This document shows, in pieces, positions 1 through 9,009 of a DNA stretch of 64,000 bases. Both the position numbers and the translations under genes were made by a program. Source of the stretch: Candidatus Latescibacterota bacterium (lineage in GTDB: Bacteria; Latescibacterota; UBA2968; UBA8231); NCBI GenBank assembly GCA_965221775.1, contig CBDCSU010000006.1, positions 992,001 through 1,056,000 on the forward strand. Direction: 5' to 3'. Within the stretch, counting starts at the first letter, position 1, and each line of letters begins with the position of its first letter. The notes beneath the pieces were generated by a model. That model was not told where the DNA came from, ran no database searches, and worked only from the letters and a program-made list of their open reading frames with translations.

Positions 1-886
1 GGCCCTGCTCGACCCCGGCCGGCCCCTGGAGGAGCAGTTCGCCGGCGTCGAGGCGGTCATCGACCAGGGCGGCAGCGTCAGCACCCGGGCGATGATGGAC
101 GCCGCGGTCTCGGCGCGGCTGTGGCAGCTCCTGGGCACGGGGTTCGACCACTTCGACCTGGAGTACGTCAAGTCGAAGAGGATCCCCGCGGCCAACTGCC
201 CCGGCCCCTTCAGCGGCACCGCCCTGGCCGAGATGGCCATGATGTTCATCCTCATGCTGGCGCGGCGCTACCGCGAGGGCGTGCGCCGGTTCCGCGAGGG
301 CGAGCTCTACCAGCCGCTGTCCCATGAGCTGGAGGGCCGCACCCTGGGGATCATCGGCTTCGGGGCCAGCGGCCAGGAGCTGGCGCGGCGGGCCCGCCCC
401 TTCGGCCTGCGCGTGGTGGGCCTGGACGTGCGCCCCATCGAGGCGGAGGTGCTCCAGGAGCTGGGCGCCGAACTCCTCCTCGGCGAGGACCGGCTGGACG
501 AGGTGGTGGCGGCCAGCGACTACCTCTCCCTGCACCTGCATCTGAACGACAGCACCCGGCACCTGATCGACGCCCGTCGCCTCGCCCTGATGAAGCCCTC
601 GGCCTGCCTGATCAACGTCGCCCGCGGCGCCCTCGTGGACGAGGCGGCCATGGCGGAAGCGCTGCTCGACGGCCGCCTCGGGGGCGCCGGTCTGGACGTC
701 TTCGGGAAGGAGCCGCCCAACCCCGCCGATCCCGTGTACGCCCTTCCCAACGTCGTGGTCACCCCCCACATCGCGGGGGTCACGGCCGAGACCTCCCGCA
801 AGCGCGCGGCCTGCGCCGCCGGCAACGTCGACCGCGTCGCCGCCGGCCTGGAGCCCCTCTACCGCATCGACGGCGGGGAGTCGTGA
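1..886 (+). CDS. D-isomer-specific 2-hydroxyacid dehydrogenase (5' end truncated by window edge)
   Basis: Frame open from position 2; GIIGFGASG Rossmann motif, INVARGALVDE, GLDVF and TPHIAG motifs. Confidence 0.92.
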   Translation, partial: ALLDPGRPLEEQFAGVEAVIDQGGSVSTRAMMDAAVSARLWQLLGTGFDHFDLEYVKSKRIPAANCPGPFSGTALAEMAMMFILMLARRYREGVRRFREGELYQPLSHELEGRTLGIIGFGASGQELARRARPFGLRVVGLDVRPIEAEVLQELGAELLLGEDRLDEVVAASDYLSLHLHLNDSTRHLIDARRLALMKPSACLINVARGALVDEAAMAEALLDGRLGGAGLDVFGKEPPNPADPVYALPNVVVTPHIAGVTAETSRKRAACAAGNVDRVAAGLEPLYRIDGGES

Positions 887-1659
887 ACAGCCGCCTGAAG
901 GAGCGCCTCGACGCCGGACAGGCGGCGGTGGGCGCCCAGCTGCGCTTCGGATCTCCCGCCATCGCCGAGATGTTCGGCCACGCCGGCTTCGACTGGCTCG
1001 TCATCGACTCGGAGCACGCGCCCCAGACGCCGGAGGGCATCCAGGCGCAGCTCCAGGCCATCGGCAACACCCCGGCCACGCCGGTGGTGCGCCTGCCCCG
1101 GGTCGACGAGGAGCAGATGCGCCTCTACCTCGACATGGGGGCCCTGGGCATCATGGCCGCCTTCGTCGAGACCCCCCAGGACGCGGAGTTCGGCGCCCTC
1201 GCCTGCCGCTACCCGCCCCGGGGGATACGCAGCTTCGGCCCCCACCGAGCCGGCGGGTACGGACTCCGGACGGCGGAATACCTCGAGAAGATCGACGACC
1301 TCGTGAGCTTCATCCCCATCATCGAGTCGGGCCCCGGCGTGGACAACATCGAGGCCATCCTCGCCGTGGAGGGGGTCGACTTCCCCGTCATCGGGCCCGT
1401 GGACCTGTCCTTTGGCCTGGACACCCCCTTCGAGTTCGAGAGCAAGGTCTTCCAGGAGGCCCAGGCGAGGGTGGCCGCCGCCGCGGCGGCGGCGGGCAAG
1501 CCGGCGGGCCTGGGAATCTACCGGCCGGCCTTCGAGCCGGCGTCGCTGGAGAAGGCGCTGGAGGACGGATTCCAGGCGCTGCTGGTGGGCGGCGACGAGC
1601 CCTTCCTGGCCACCGCCTGCGAGATGATGGCGGGGGTGAGGCGGGAGCTGGACCTGTAG
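883..1659 (+). CDS. HpcH/HpaI aldolase family protein
   Basis: GFDWLVIDSEHAP, CRYPPRGIRSFG, IIES, IGPVDLS motifs; GTGA overlap with upstream gene. Confidence 0.9.
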   Translation: MNSRLKERLDAGQAAVGAQLRFGSPAIAEMFGHAGFDWLVIDSEHAPQTPEGIQAQLQAIGNTPATPVVRLPRVDEEQMRLYLDMGALGIMAAFVETPQDAEFGALACRYPPRGIRSFGPHRAGGYGLRTAEYLEKIDDLVSFIPIIESGPGVDNIEAILAVEGVDFPVIGPVDLSFGLDTPFEFESKVFQEAQARVAAAAAAAGKPAGLGIYRPAFEPASLEKALEDGFQALLVGGDEPFLATACEMMAGVRRELDL

Positions 1660-1849
1660 CGGCGGGCGGGGCCGTGTCCGCCGGGGCAGTCTGACGGTCA
1701 GCGCCGCTGGGACCGGGCCGCAGCGGCGACGGAAGCGCGCCGCCGGGAGTGGCGCCTTCCGCTGGTCCGCGGGGAGGCTCCTCGTTGGACACGCGCCGAG
1801 AGGCGGTCCGGCTGCCGCGGCTGAAGCTGGAGCCGCTACAGGGGCGCCT

Positions 1850-2359
1850 TCAGGGAGCCCCTTCCTCGGTGACGGGGATCCCCTTCGCCTCCGTGAAGGC
1901 CCGGATCGTCTGCAGGATCCGGGGCTTGACCTCCTGGTTGTCGGCGTATCCGAGCATGCCGAACTGGATCAACCGGGAGCGGCCCTCGCGGGGGACGAAC
2001 TCGGCGTTCATGAGGCTCAGGGTGATCCCGGCAAGGGAGTCCCACGGGACCCGCTGCCGCACGAACAGCCCCCGCTGGATCAGCAACTCCTCCTGCGAGA
2101 AGGCGAGGACCAGCTTGTTCAGCCGCCTGAAGAGGAGGCTGCCCGGCAGCACCAGAACCGCCACGCAGAGGTAGACCAGCCCGAGCACCAGCAGCTGAGT
2201 CCCCCCGGAGTCGATGTTGTTCCAGCGGGCCAGGTTCACCAGGCCATTGGCGGTGAACACCAGGGCGAGCAACCCCCACACGAAGCGGTTGGGCCAGCCC
2301 ACACGCGCGCTCAGGTCGAAGACCTGATTCTCCGCGGGTCCTGCCGGGGGCTCCGTCAT
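1850..2359 (-). CDS. Hypothetical membrane protein (2 TM segments plus a PH-like C-terminal part)
   Basis: ATG at 2359 preceded by AGGAGG; two hydrophobic stretches. Confidence 0.7.
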   Translation of the reverse strand: MTEPPAGPAENQVFDLSARVGWPNRFVWGLLALVFTANGLVNLARWNNIDSGGTQLLVLGLVYLCVAVLVLPGSLLFRRLNKLVLAFSQEELLIQRGLFVRQRVPWDSLAGITLSLMNAEFVPREGRSRLIQFGMLGYADNQEVKPRILQTIRAFTEAKGIPVTEEGAP

Positions 2360-2405
2360 GGGGTCCTCCTTCGATGGGTTGAGAGCCGCCCTGCTGAATC
2401 TCCGG

Positions 2406-3521
2406 CTACGGGGAGCCCGAGTCCAACTCCGCGGCGCGCAGTCCGCCGTGGCTCCGCAGCAGATCGGCGATGTCCTCTCTCTCACACTCGATGGCCGCAT
2501 CCAGGGCCGTCCCGGAGCGTCGCCTGTTGACGTCGATTCCATGGGACAGGAGGAACCTGACGACATCGAGCTTCGTCTCGTGCGGCCCGTAGGCGACAGC
2601 CAGGTAGAACAGTTGATCACACTCATTCACATCCGCCCCTCGCTGAAGGCACAATTCCGCGGAGGCGATGTTGCCGCTCACCAGGTGAAGGGAAGGCGCG
2701 CCGCCGGAATCCAGCAGGACCCTGACCAACTCGGTGCCCACGCCGCCCCGTATCTGGGCCGCCACTTCGACGGGCGTATGCCCCCAGCGATCGGGTTCAT
2801 TTGGATCCGCTCCGGCGGACAGCACCTTCTGGAGGCCTGCCGGATCCTGCTTCAGGACCTCCAGCGTAACCGGGGGGATGTAGTAGACCGAGACGGCCCC
2901 GCGGTTCAGCAGTACCCGAGCGACATCGGCATGGCCGTCTTCCGGGTAGTGGCCAAGGGCCTGTCGCAGCGCGATCTCATTGGGGTATTCCGCATAGTTC
3001 GGGTCCGCGGGATCACTCGGGTCGGCCCCCGCTTCCAGCAGCAAGGTGACCACATCCGGCCAGCCGATGATCCAGGACGCCACACACAGTGGGCTTCGCC
3101 CCTGCTCGTCCCGGGTTCCAATACAGCCCGGCTCACTCTCAAGAAGCTCGGCCACCCGCTCCGTGCGGTTGCTGGCCGCCGCCCCGAGGATATCGAAGGA
3201 AGGTCCCTCTTCGACCAGTATGCGGAGGGGCTCGGGGTCGTTGATCTGCATCTGGCTGTACGCCTTGTGGGCCGCATCGTAGATGGCCCTGTTGGAGTAC
3301 GCCCCTCGATGCAACAACATTCGAAGGATATCGCACTCCTTGTGACGCACCGTTACATCGAGCAGTCGATTCGGCCGGTCGTCCCCCGGCCAGAAGAACG
3401 TCGCATTCACGAGGGACGAGTCTGCATCCAACAGCCGGCGTGCGCTCTCCAGGTCCCCCTCGGCGATGCAATCGCAGAGAGGCTGCATCGTGGAGGGATG
3501 GATCTCGCGCCTGTTCGCCAT
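2406..3521 (-). CDS. Ankyrin-repeat protein
   Basis: Repeated GRSPL/GHTPV/GTALD...LL.AGADP/GADVN/GIDVN units; start may instead be 3578. Confidence 0.85.
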   Translation of the reverse strand: MANRREIHPSTMQPLCDCIAEGDLESARRLLDADSSLVNATFFWPGDDRPNRLLDVTVRHKECDILRMLLHRGAYSNRAIYDAAHKAYSQMQINDPEPLRILVEEGPSFDILGAAASNRTERVAELLESEPGCIGTRDEQGRSPLCVASWIIGWPDVVTLLLEAGADPSDPADPNYAEYPNEIALRQALGHYPEDGHADVARVLLNRGAVSVYYIPPVTLEVLKQDPAGLQKVLSAGADPNEPDRWGHTPVEVAAQIRGGVGTELVRVLLDSGGAPSLHLVSGNIASAELCLQRGADVNECDQLFYLAVAYGPHETKLDVVRFLLSHGIDVNRRRSGTALDAAIECEREDIADLLRSHGGLRAAELDSGSP

Positions 3522-3562
3522 CTTGCCCAATGCCAGTCGAAGAAACCTGTGCTCAGACCATG

Positions 3563-4360
3563 CTACAGCCTGCCGCACGGGACCTCATCATCCGGGCACA
3601 GTTCGTACCACCACTCGGGACATTGGCGGCTGACAACAACTACTCGATTCCAAGGAGCCACGACACGGACTCGTCTCCGGAGGCTGGCTAGTTCGGTTCT
3701 GCTCAAACCCGAGGCAGAAACGACACCAATATGGTCCACGAGGATGAGCCACCACTTATGCTCTTGTTCCCTGCCAGCGATCTTCCTCGATTTATCTTCA
3801 ATTGCGAATTCAACGCTCTCTTGTATTACAGGGTCGAGCAGAAGACCCTCTCCTTCCGAGATATTGCCGAGCGAGAATTGGACAATCGACGTCTCTATCC
3901 TGTGAAGTTCAAGGTGGATACCACATGGTAAGCACAGGTGCAGCACACTCAAGTGGTCGAGTTCATGCGAATGTTCACAGCCGCTGGAGTATCGTGACCT
4001 TAGCTCATCAAGCACTCCGCCATCACACCGCTCGACAAGAGGAGACAGCGCCTCCCGGATCTCCCTCTTTGCCTTCTTGGAATCAGGGTAACCCTCTGGC
4101 TGGTATTCGGCATCGACAATCCAGGTTCCTTCCCTTGGTCTCATCGTCTTGATTGTGGCCTCGATCAGACCACGCAGGGGGCGTTCAAACTCCTCTTCTC
4201 CCCGACCCTTGACCTGACGATTCAGTCGTCGAACCTCGACGGCAAATTCCCCGTCTGCCAGGAAATCCGGAGGATCTTGACATGGGCGCACGACGCCGTG
4301 ACCTTGGGATTCCAGCCATTGCTTGGCTAAGGTCTCGTCGCAATTGAGCCTGTTGTTCAA
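3563..4360 (-). CDS. Hypothetical protein, possible PD-(D/E)XK nuclease fold
   Basis: 265-aa ORF with DPPDF...FAVEVRRL motif; lower GC; purine-rich RBS. Confidence 0.65.
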   Translation of the reverse strand: MNNRLNCDETLAKQWLESQGHGVVRPCQDPPDFLADGEFAVEVRRLNRQVKGRGEEEFERPLRGLIEATIKTMRPREGTWIVDAEYQPEGYPDSKKAKREIREALSPLVERCDGGVLDELRSRYSSGCEHSHELDHLSVLHLCLPCGIHLELHRIETSIVQFSLGNISEGEGLLLDPVIQESVEFAIEDKSRKIAGREQEHKWWLILVDHIGVVSASGLSRTELASLRRRVRVVAPWNRVVVVSRQCPEWWYELCPDDEVPCGRL

Positions 4361-4533
4361 GCGATATCCCCCTTCTCCAGTAGGTGGATCATCAGAGTCA
4401 GGATGTGGGCGTTACATCCCTGACGTGCAAGATCGCCATCAGCATACCTATGCACCACCGTGCCCACATCTCCGGCCACCAGACCGTGCTCTACGATGGA
4501 CTCCTGGAGAACTACCAGGTCCAGTTCAGTCAT
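4357..4533 (-). pseudogene. DUF4926-family protein remnant with internal deletion/frameshift
   Basis: MTELDLVVLQESIVEHGLVAGDVGTVVHRYADG N-terminus; the family-typical C-terminal ILHVRDV follows immediately in another frame. Confidence 0.7.
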
Positions 4534-4544
4534 GTCATTCTCAC

Positions 4545-4600
4545 GGGTCCTGCTGGATAGGTGTCACCAGACGAGGTCGAGCTGAGCCGCCTTCGGTTGG
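4545..4600 (-). pseudogene. Possible DUF6883-family C-terminal remnant
   Basis: EGGSARPRLVT-(frameshift)-YPA directly upstream of the DUF4926 remnant. Confidence 0.45.
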
Positions 4601-4857
4601 TCCGGCTCCAGGCGCGGTGAGGTCGCCCGATCCTCCGCGGGCCTGCCGGGGGCTTCGGGGGCTGGCGGTCCGTACTCCACGTTGGCGGGATCCATGGCTC
4701 CGCCTCGGATCGATGCCAGTTACCGGAATCACTGGTCCATTTGCAGATGGACGGAGTCGGGCTTCCGCATCTGGATGACTTCGGAGACCTGCTCATCCCG
4801 AGGGACCGATGCCAAGTCAGCTTCGAGGACAGACGGATCGATTCACAGTCCTCTGAG

Positions 4858-5823
4858 TTACTGCACCACTTGTAGCTCGACCTTGGGAGGTTTCGGTCCA
4901 TGTAACCTCAACAGCCGTCGCGTTCTACTCCTCAGGGCGTTCGAGTCACCATGCACAAAGACGAACAAGGGCGTTCCATCGATTCTCCTCGCTCTGCTGA
5001 ATTGCTCGCCGTTCGGGTGCACTGGCTCGGTATTGACCAGATGGTTGCTTCCATTCCTCGACAGTATCGGGCTGTGACTCTCAGTCAGCAGTTTCTCCGA
5101 ATAGAGCTTCTCGACCGTAGCCGTGAGCACTTGAGTCCAGCGTCGTACACTGCGTACGCTGCCGTCCCAGAATCGGATCGCCGACGGCCTACAGCCCGAG
5201 CTGCCAGCATACTCGGATTTCTCATAGTCCATCAGCGGAACCCAGCCCGGTGACTCCGGCGCCGCGGCAGGGGCCGGTTCAGCTTCGGCCGGCGCAGTCG
5301 CGGAGGGCTCAGCCTTGACAATCGGCTCGCCGGCCTTCACCGGCTGGCCAGAGGTCAGGTTGGGCCGCCAGAGCAGCAGCAACTTGAGAGCGACTTCGTG
5401 GACCGGATTCCTGGAAATGGACACGTCCAACATCCGCCTTTCCTCCAAGGTGCCCCTCTGGAAGACGTCGTAGAGTTCCCAGTGGTCGCCGTCAGTCAGC
5501 GCGGCGAAGTCAATCCCCGACGCATTGGCATAGTTCAGCATCTGCATCTGGTGGGAGGCCAGCCGCTCCCCCAGCTTCTTGGCCTCCACCGTGGCCGCCG
5601 GCTGTTGGTCGGAGCGCAGCAACGCGTAGTCCGCCAAACCGCCGGTCACCCTGTATTCGGGTGTCACCACCGCGGGGTCGGATACGTCCCAGCCCAGGGC
5701 CTGCAGCAGGGGGTCCACCAGCGCCATTCGCGTGCGCGTTTCGTTTTCCCCCAGCGACGCCCCATGGGTTCCGATTCTCTCACGCAACGATTCGATGACA
5801 CCTGTCAGATCGTCCAGCAACAC
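4858..5823 (-). CDS. Stand-alone type I restriction enzyme HsdR N-terminal-like nuclease domain protein
   Basis: ENETRTRMALVDPLLQALGWD...PEY...ADYAL...VEAKK...QMLNYA...LTDGDHW; AGGAGG RBS before GTG. Confidence 0.85.
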   Translation of the reverse strand: MLLDDLTGVIESLRERIGTHGASLGENETRTRMALVDPLLQALGWDVSDPAVVTPEYRVTGGLADYALLRSDQQPAATVEAKKLGERLASHQMQMLNYANASGIDFAALTDGDHWELYDVFQRGTLEERRMLDVSISRNPVHEVALKLLLLWRPNLTSGQPVKAGEPIVKAEPSATAPAEAEPAPAAAPESPGWVPLMDYEKSEYAGSSGCRPSAIRFWDGSVRSVRRWTQVLTATVEKLYSEKLLTESHSPILSRNGSNHLVNTEPVHPNGEQFSRARRIDGTPLFVFVHGDSNALRSRTRRLLRLHGPKPPKVELQVVQ

Positions 5824-5989
5824 GCTGACCTCCTGTTAACCGCCCAACTGTGAGCCCTGCTCGAGACGGGACTATCCTAACCCATCCGGGCAGCCGAGCC
5901 CAGTCCGTCCAAGTTCATCTGCGTCCGCGGCCGCTTTCGCGGTCGTGCACTTGTGTCGCGACCTCCACGCCGGCCTCAATCGGTGGTGG

Positions 5990-6072
5990 AGTGTCCTATG
6001 GCTGTCTGGACCTGGACGTGTTGAAGTACTTCGCGGAGCGCTCTCCGAGAACGATCGGTTCCGCGACTTCAT
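5990..6072 (-). pseudogene. Frameshifted/truncated RelE/ParE-like toxin remnant
   Basis: ATG overlaps antitoxin stop (ATGA); MKSR then shifted frame TDRSRRALREVLQHVQVQ resembles toxin N-terminus. Confidence 0.55.
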
Positions 6073-6287
6073 GAGCCATGTGATTCGAGCGGCTCGGTCT
6101 TGCCTGCCCGGTACTCTGCAAGAGCCTCATCGGCAAGGCCGGACAACTGCTCTGCATTCAAGTCGAATGCGCGCTCCCACCGGCGCTCTGACTCGAACTC
6201 CGCCATCAACACGGCCGCAATCGCGTCTTGCTCCTCACTGGAGAGCTTCTTGAGTTCCGAGATCGCCTTTTCCAGAAGTTGAGTCAT
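6069..6287 (-). CDS. Putative type II antitoxin (72 aa)
   Basis: MTQLLEKAISELKKLSSEEQDAIAA...RWERAF...LADEALAEYRAGKT pattern; GGAGG RBS. Confidence 0.75.
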   Translation of the reverse strand: MTQLLEKAISELKKLSSEEQDAIAAVLMAEFESERRWERAFDLNAEQLSGLADEALAEYRAGKTEPLESHGS

Positions 6288-6589
6288 CAGGGGCCTCCAT
6301 GGCAGGTGTGCAAGAACGCCGATCCTGCTGACCTGTCCCAGGGCGCCCCGTGCGCGGAGGCCCGCCAAGTCCCATGCGCAACTCATGCACACGCGACTCC
6401 GGCCGCACGCAAGGATTGCGCACTGTCACCGGCGTTGAGTGCACGGCCGGTCCGGCAGGCTATTGGAGGAGGCTGCTCTCGTGCAGCGCGGACAACGTGG
6501 ATCGGTGCAGTGGGGTGGTTGGCTCGGAGGGCCGCCGGCCCGGGGACAGGCCGGCGGCCCGGGGGAAAAGCGGGGGGTGTTCGCCAGAC

Positions 6590-6706
6590 TCAGGCGCTTC
6601 GCGCCAGGATGACGCTGGCGTAGTGGGAGAAGGCGGAGAGTCCGGCGTAGCAGGACACGATGGCCGCGGGAACGGCGATCTCTCTGACGAATCGAAACCT
6701 CTTCAT
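6590..6706 (-). CDS. Small (38 aa) membrane peptide, not in ORF track
   Basis: MKRFRFVREIAVPAAIVSCYAGLSAFSHYASVILARSA*; GGAGG RBS; sigma54 promoter upstream. Confidence 0.7.
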   Translation of the reverse strand: MKRFRFVREIAVPAAIVSCYAGLSAFSHYASVILARSA

Positions 6707-6751
6707 GGTGGTCCTCCACTACTTGAGGGGTGAGTGTTCACCCTGCTTGAC

Positions 6752-6768
6752 TGCAATCGCCGTGCCAG
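6752..6768 (-). promoter_or_regulatory. sigma54 (-24/-12) promoter
   Basis: Minus strand CTGGCACGGCGATTGCA matches TGGCAC-N5-TTGCW. Confidence 0.8.
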
Positions 6769-6931
6769 TCCTTTTCTCCCGTGACCGGCCTCGGACAACG
6801 GTTTCCGGCAGCGGACACGGAACCCCGCCGGACCTCCGACCGCTGCATCCGTCCCGATCAACCGCTTTTCGCGGGGGCTTCACGGGGTTAGTCTCAAGTG
6901 GCAGGCAAGGTTCCCCCGGGACACCCGAACG

Positions 6932-8546
6932 ATGTTGGCACTCCCTCGACAGGTACTCCTGCTCTCCCTGGCCGGCCCCGCCGCGGCCGCGGCCGGGATG
7001 GCGCTGCACGCCCTCTTCGGGGAGCGGATCGTGCTGGCCATGTACGAGCAGCGCATGCCGGTGGCGCTGCTGAACGAGATCATCACCGGCCAGTCCATCC
7101 ACCCGGTGGGCTACCACCTGGAGCGGGCCGACGCCCTGGTCATGCGGGGGGCGCTGCTGCTGTTGGCCAGCGGTCCCGCCACCGGCGCCTGGATGTGGCT
7201 CTCCCGCGGCCTCCCCGCCCCCTGGAGCCGGCCGCTGGCGGGCGGCCTGCTGCTGTCCACCGCCTTCGTCTGCGGGATCTTCCTCCTCGAGGCGCCGCTC
7301 TTCGAGGTCCTGCCGGGGTGGTTCTGGCCGCTCCACACGACGGCGCTGCCGTGGGTCTGGCTGTGGGCGCCGCTGGCCGCCGGCACCGCGGCGGTGGCGG
7401 CGGTCGTTCTGCGGGCCCCCGGGCGCCGGCTCCGGAACGTGGTGCTCCTCGTCGTCTGGGGGGCCTGCATCCACCACGGGCTGGCGCTCACGGAGGGCCG
7501 CGGCCTCGACGTCCTGCGGAGCCGCTTCACCGACTCCGGGCACGGTGTCTTCGCCCGCGCCGCCGTCGAGCAGCCGAGTCTGTGGCGGGTGCTGACGCGC
7601 TACGACGAGCTGCTGGACGACGGCGAGCTGTCCCCCTTCTTCCACGCCACCAAGCCGCCGGGGCTGCAGGTCTTTCTCGGATTCGTCGAGCGCCTCGGGC
7701 GCGGCGTGCCGGGGCTGCCGGACGACCCCCTGCGGAGGCTGGCCACCTTCGCTGCCTTGGTGCTGCCGCTGCTGGCGTACGCAGCCGTGGTCCCCCTGTA
7801 CGCCCTGGCCCTCCGCTTCACCGACGACCGCGGCGCCCTGACCGCGGCCCTGCTCTACGTGCTGGCCCCCAGCGTCGGGCTCATCGGCATGCACGCCGAC
7901 CACTACCTGCACCCGCTGCTGGCCACGGCCTGCCTCTACCTGGCCGCCCGCGCCCTGCAGGACGGCGGCCTCTGGCCAGCCGCCCTGGCCGGGGCCGCCT
8001 TCTACCTGACCACGTGGGTCTCCTTCGCCCTGGCGCCCCTGGCCGTGGTGCCCCTCGCCCTGGCCTGGACGAACCGGAAAGCGGCGCCGGTCCTCTCGAG
8101 GCTCGCCGTTGCGGCCTGGGCCGCGGCCGGGTTCGCGGCGGCTCACGCGGTCATGACGGTGGTCTGCGGCTACGATGCCTGGCAGCGATTCGCGCAGGCC
8201 ATGGCTGTCCACGAGATCGCCAAGGCCGTCGAGTGGAGCCCGGGGAACCGCCTCTACTACGGCGCCCTCAACCTGCTGGAATTCGCCCTCTGGAGCGGCC
8301 CGGCGCTGGTCCTGCTGTGCGTTGCGGAGTTGCGGAGAGGGATCGGGGCGCCGGGAGCGGGACTGCTGTGCCTGCTGGCCTGCATGGCCGTCTTCGGCTC
8401 CACGGCGGGAGAGAGCGCGCGGCTGTGGATCTTCGCCCTGCCCCTGGCCGTCCTGTGCGCGGCCCTCTACCTCGGCCGCCGGCCCGACGAGGGGGGCCGC
8501 CTCCTGGGCCTGGCGCTGGCGATGCAGGGGATCCTGATGCTGGTGC

Positions 8547-8572
<26 letters not shown>
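6932..8572 (+). CDS. Polytopic membrane protein, GT-C glycosyltransferase-like
   Basis: Many TM segments; ATKPPG loop motif. Confidence 0.7.
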
Positions 8573-8996
<424 letters not shown>

Positions 8997-9009
8997 GGCG
9001 TCAGCGGCT

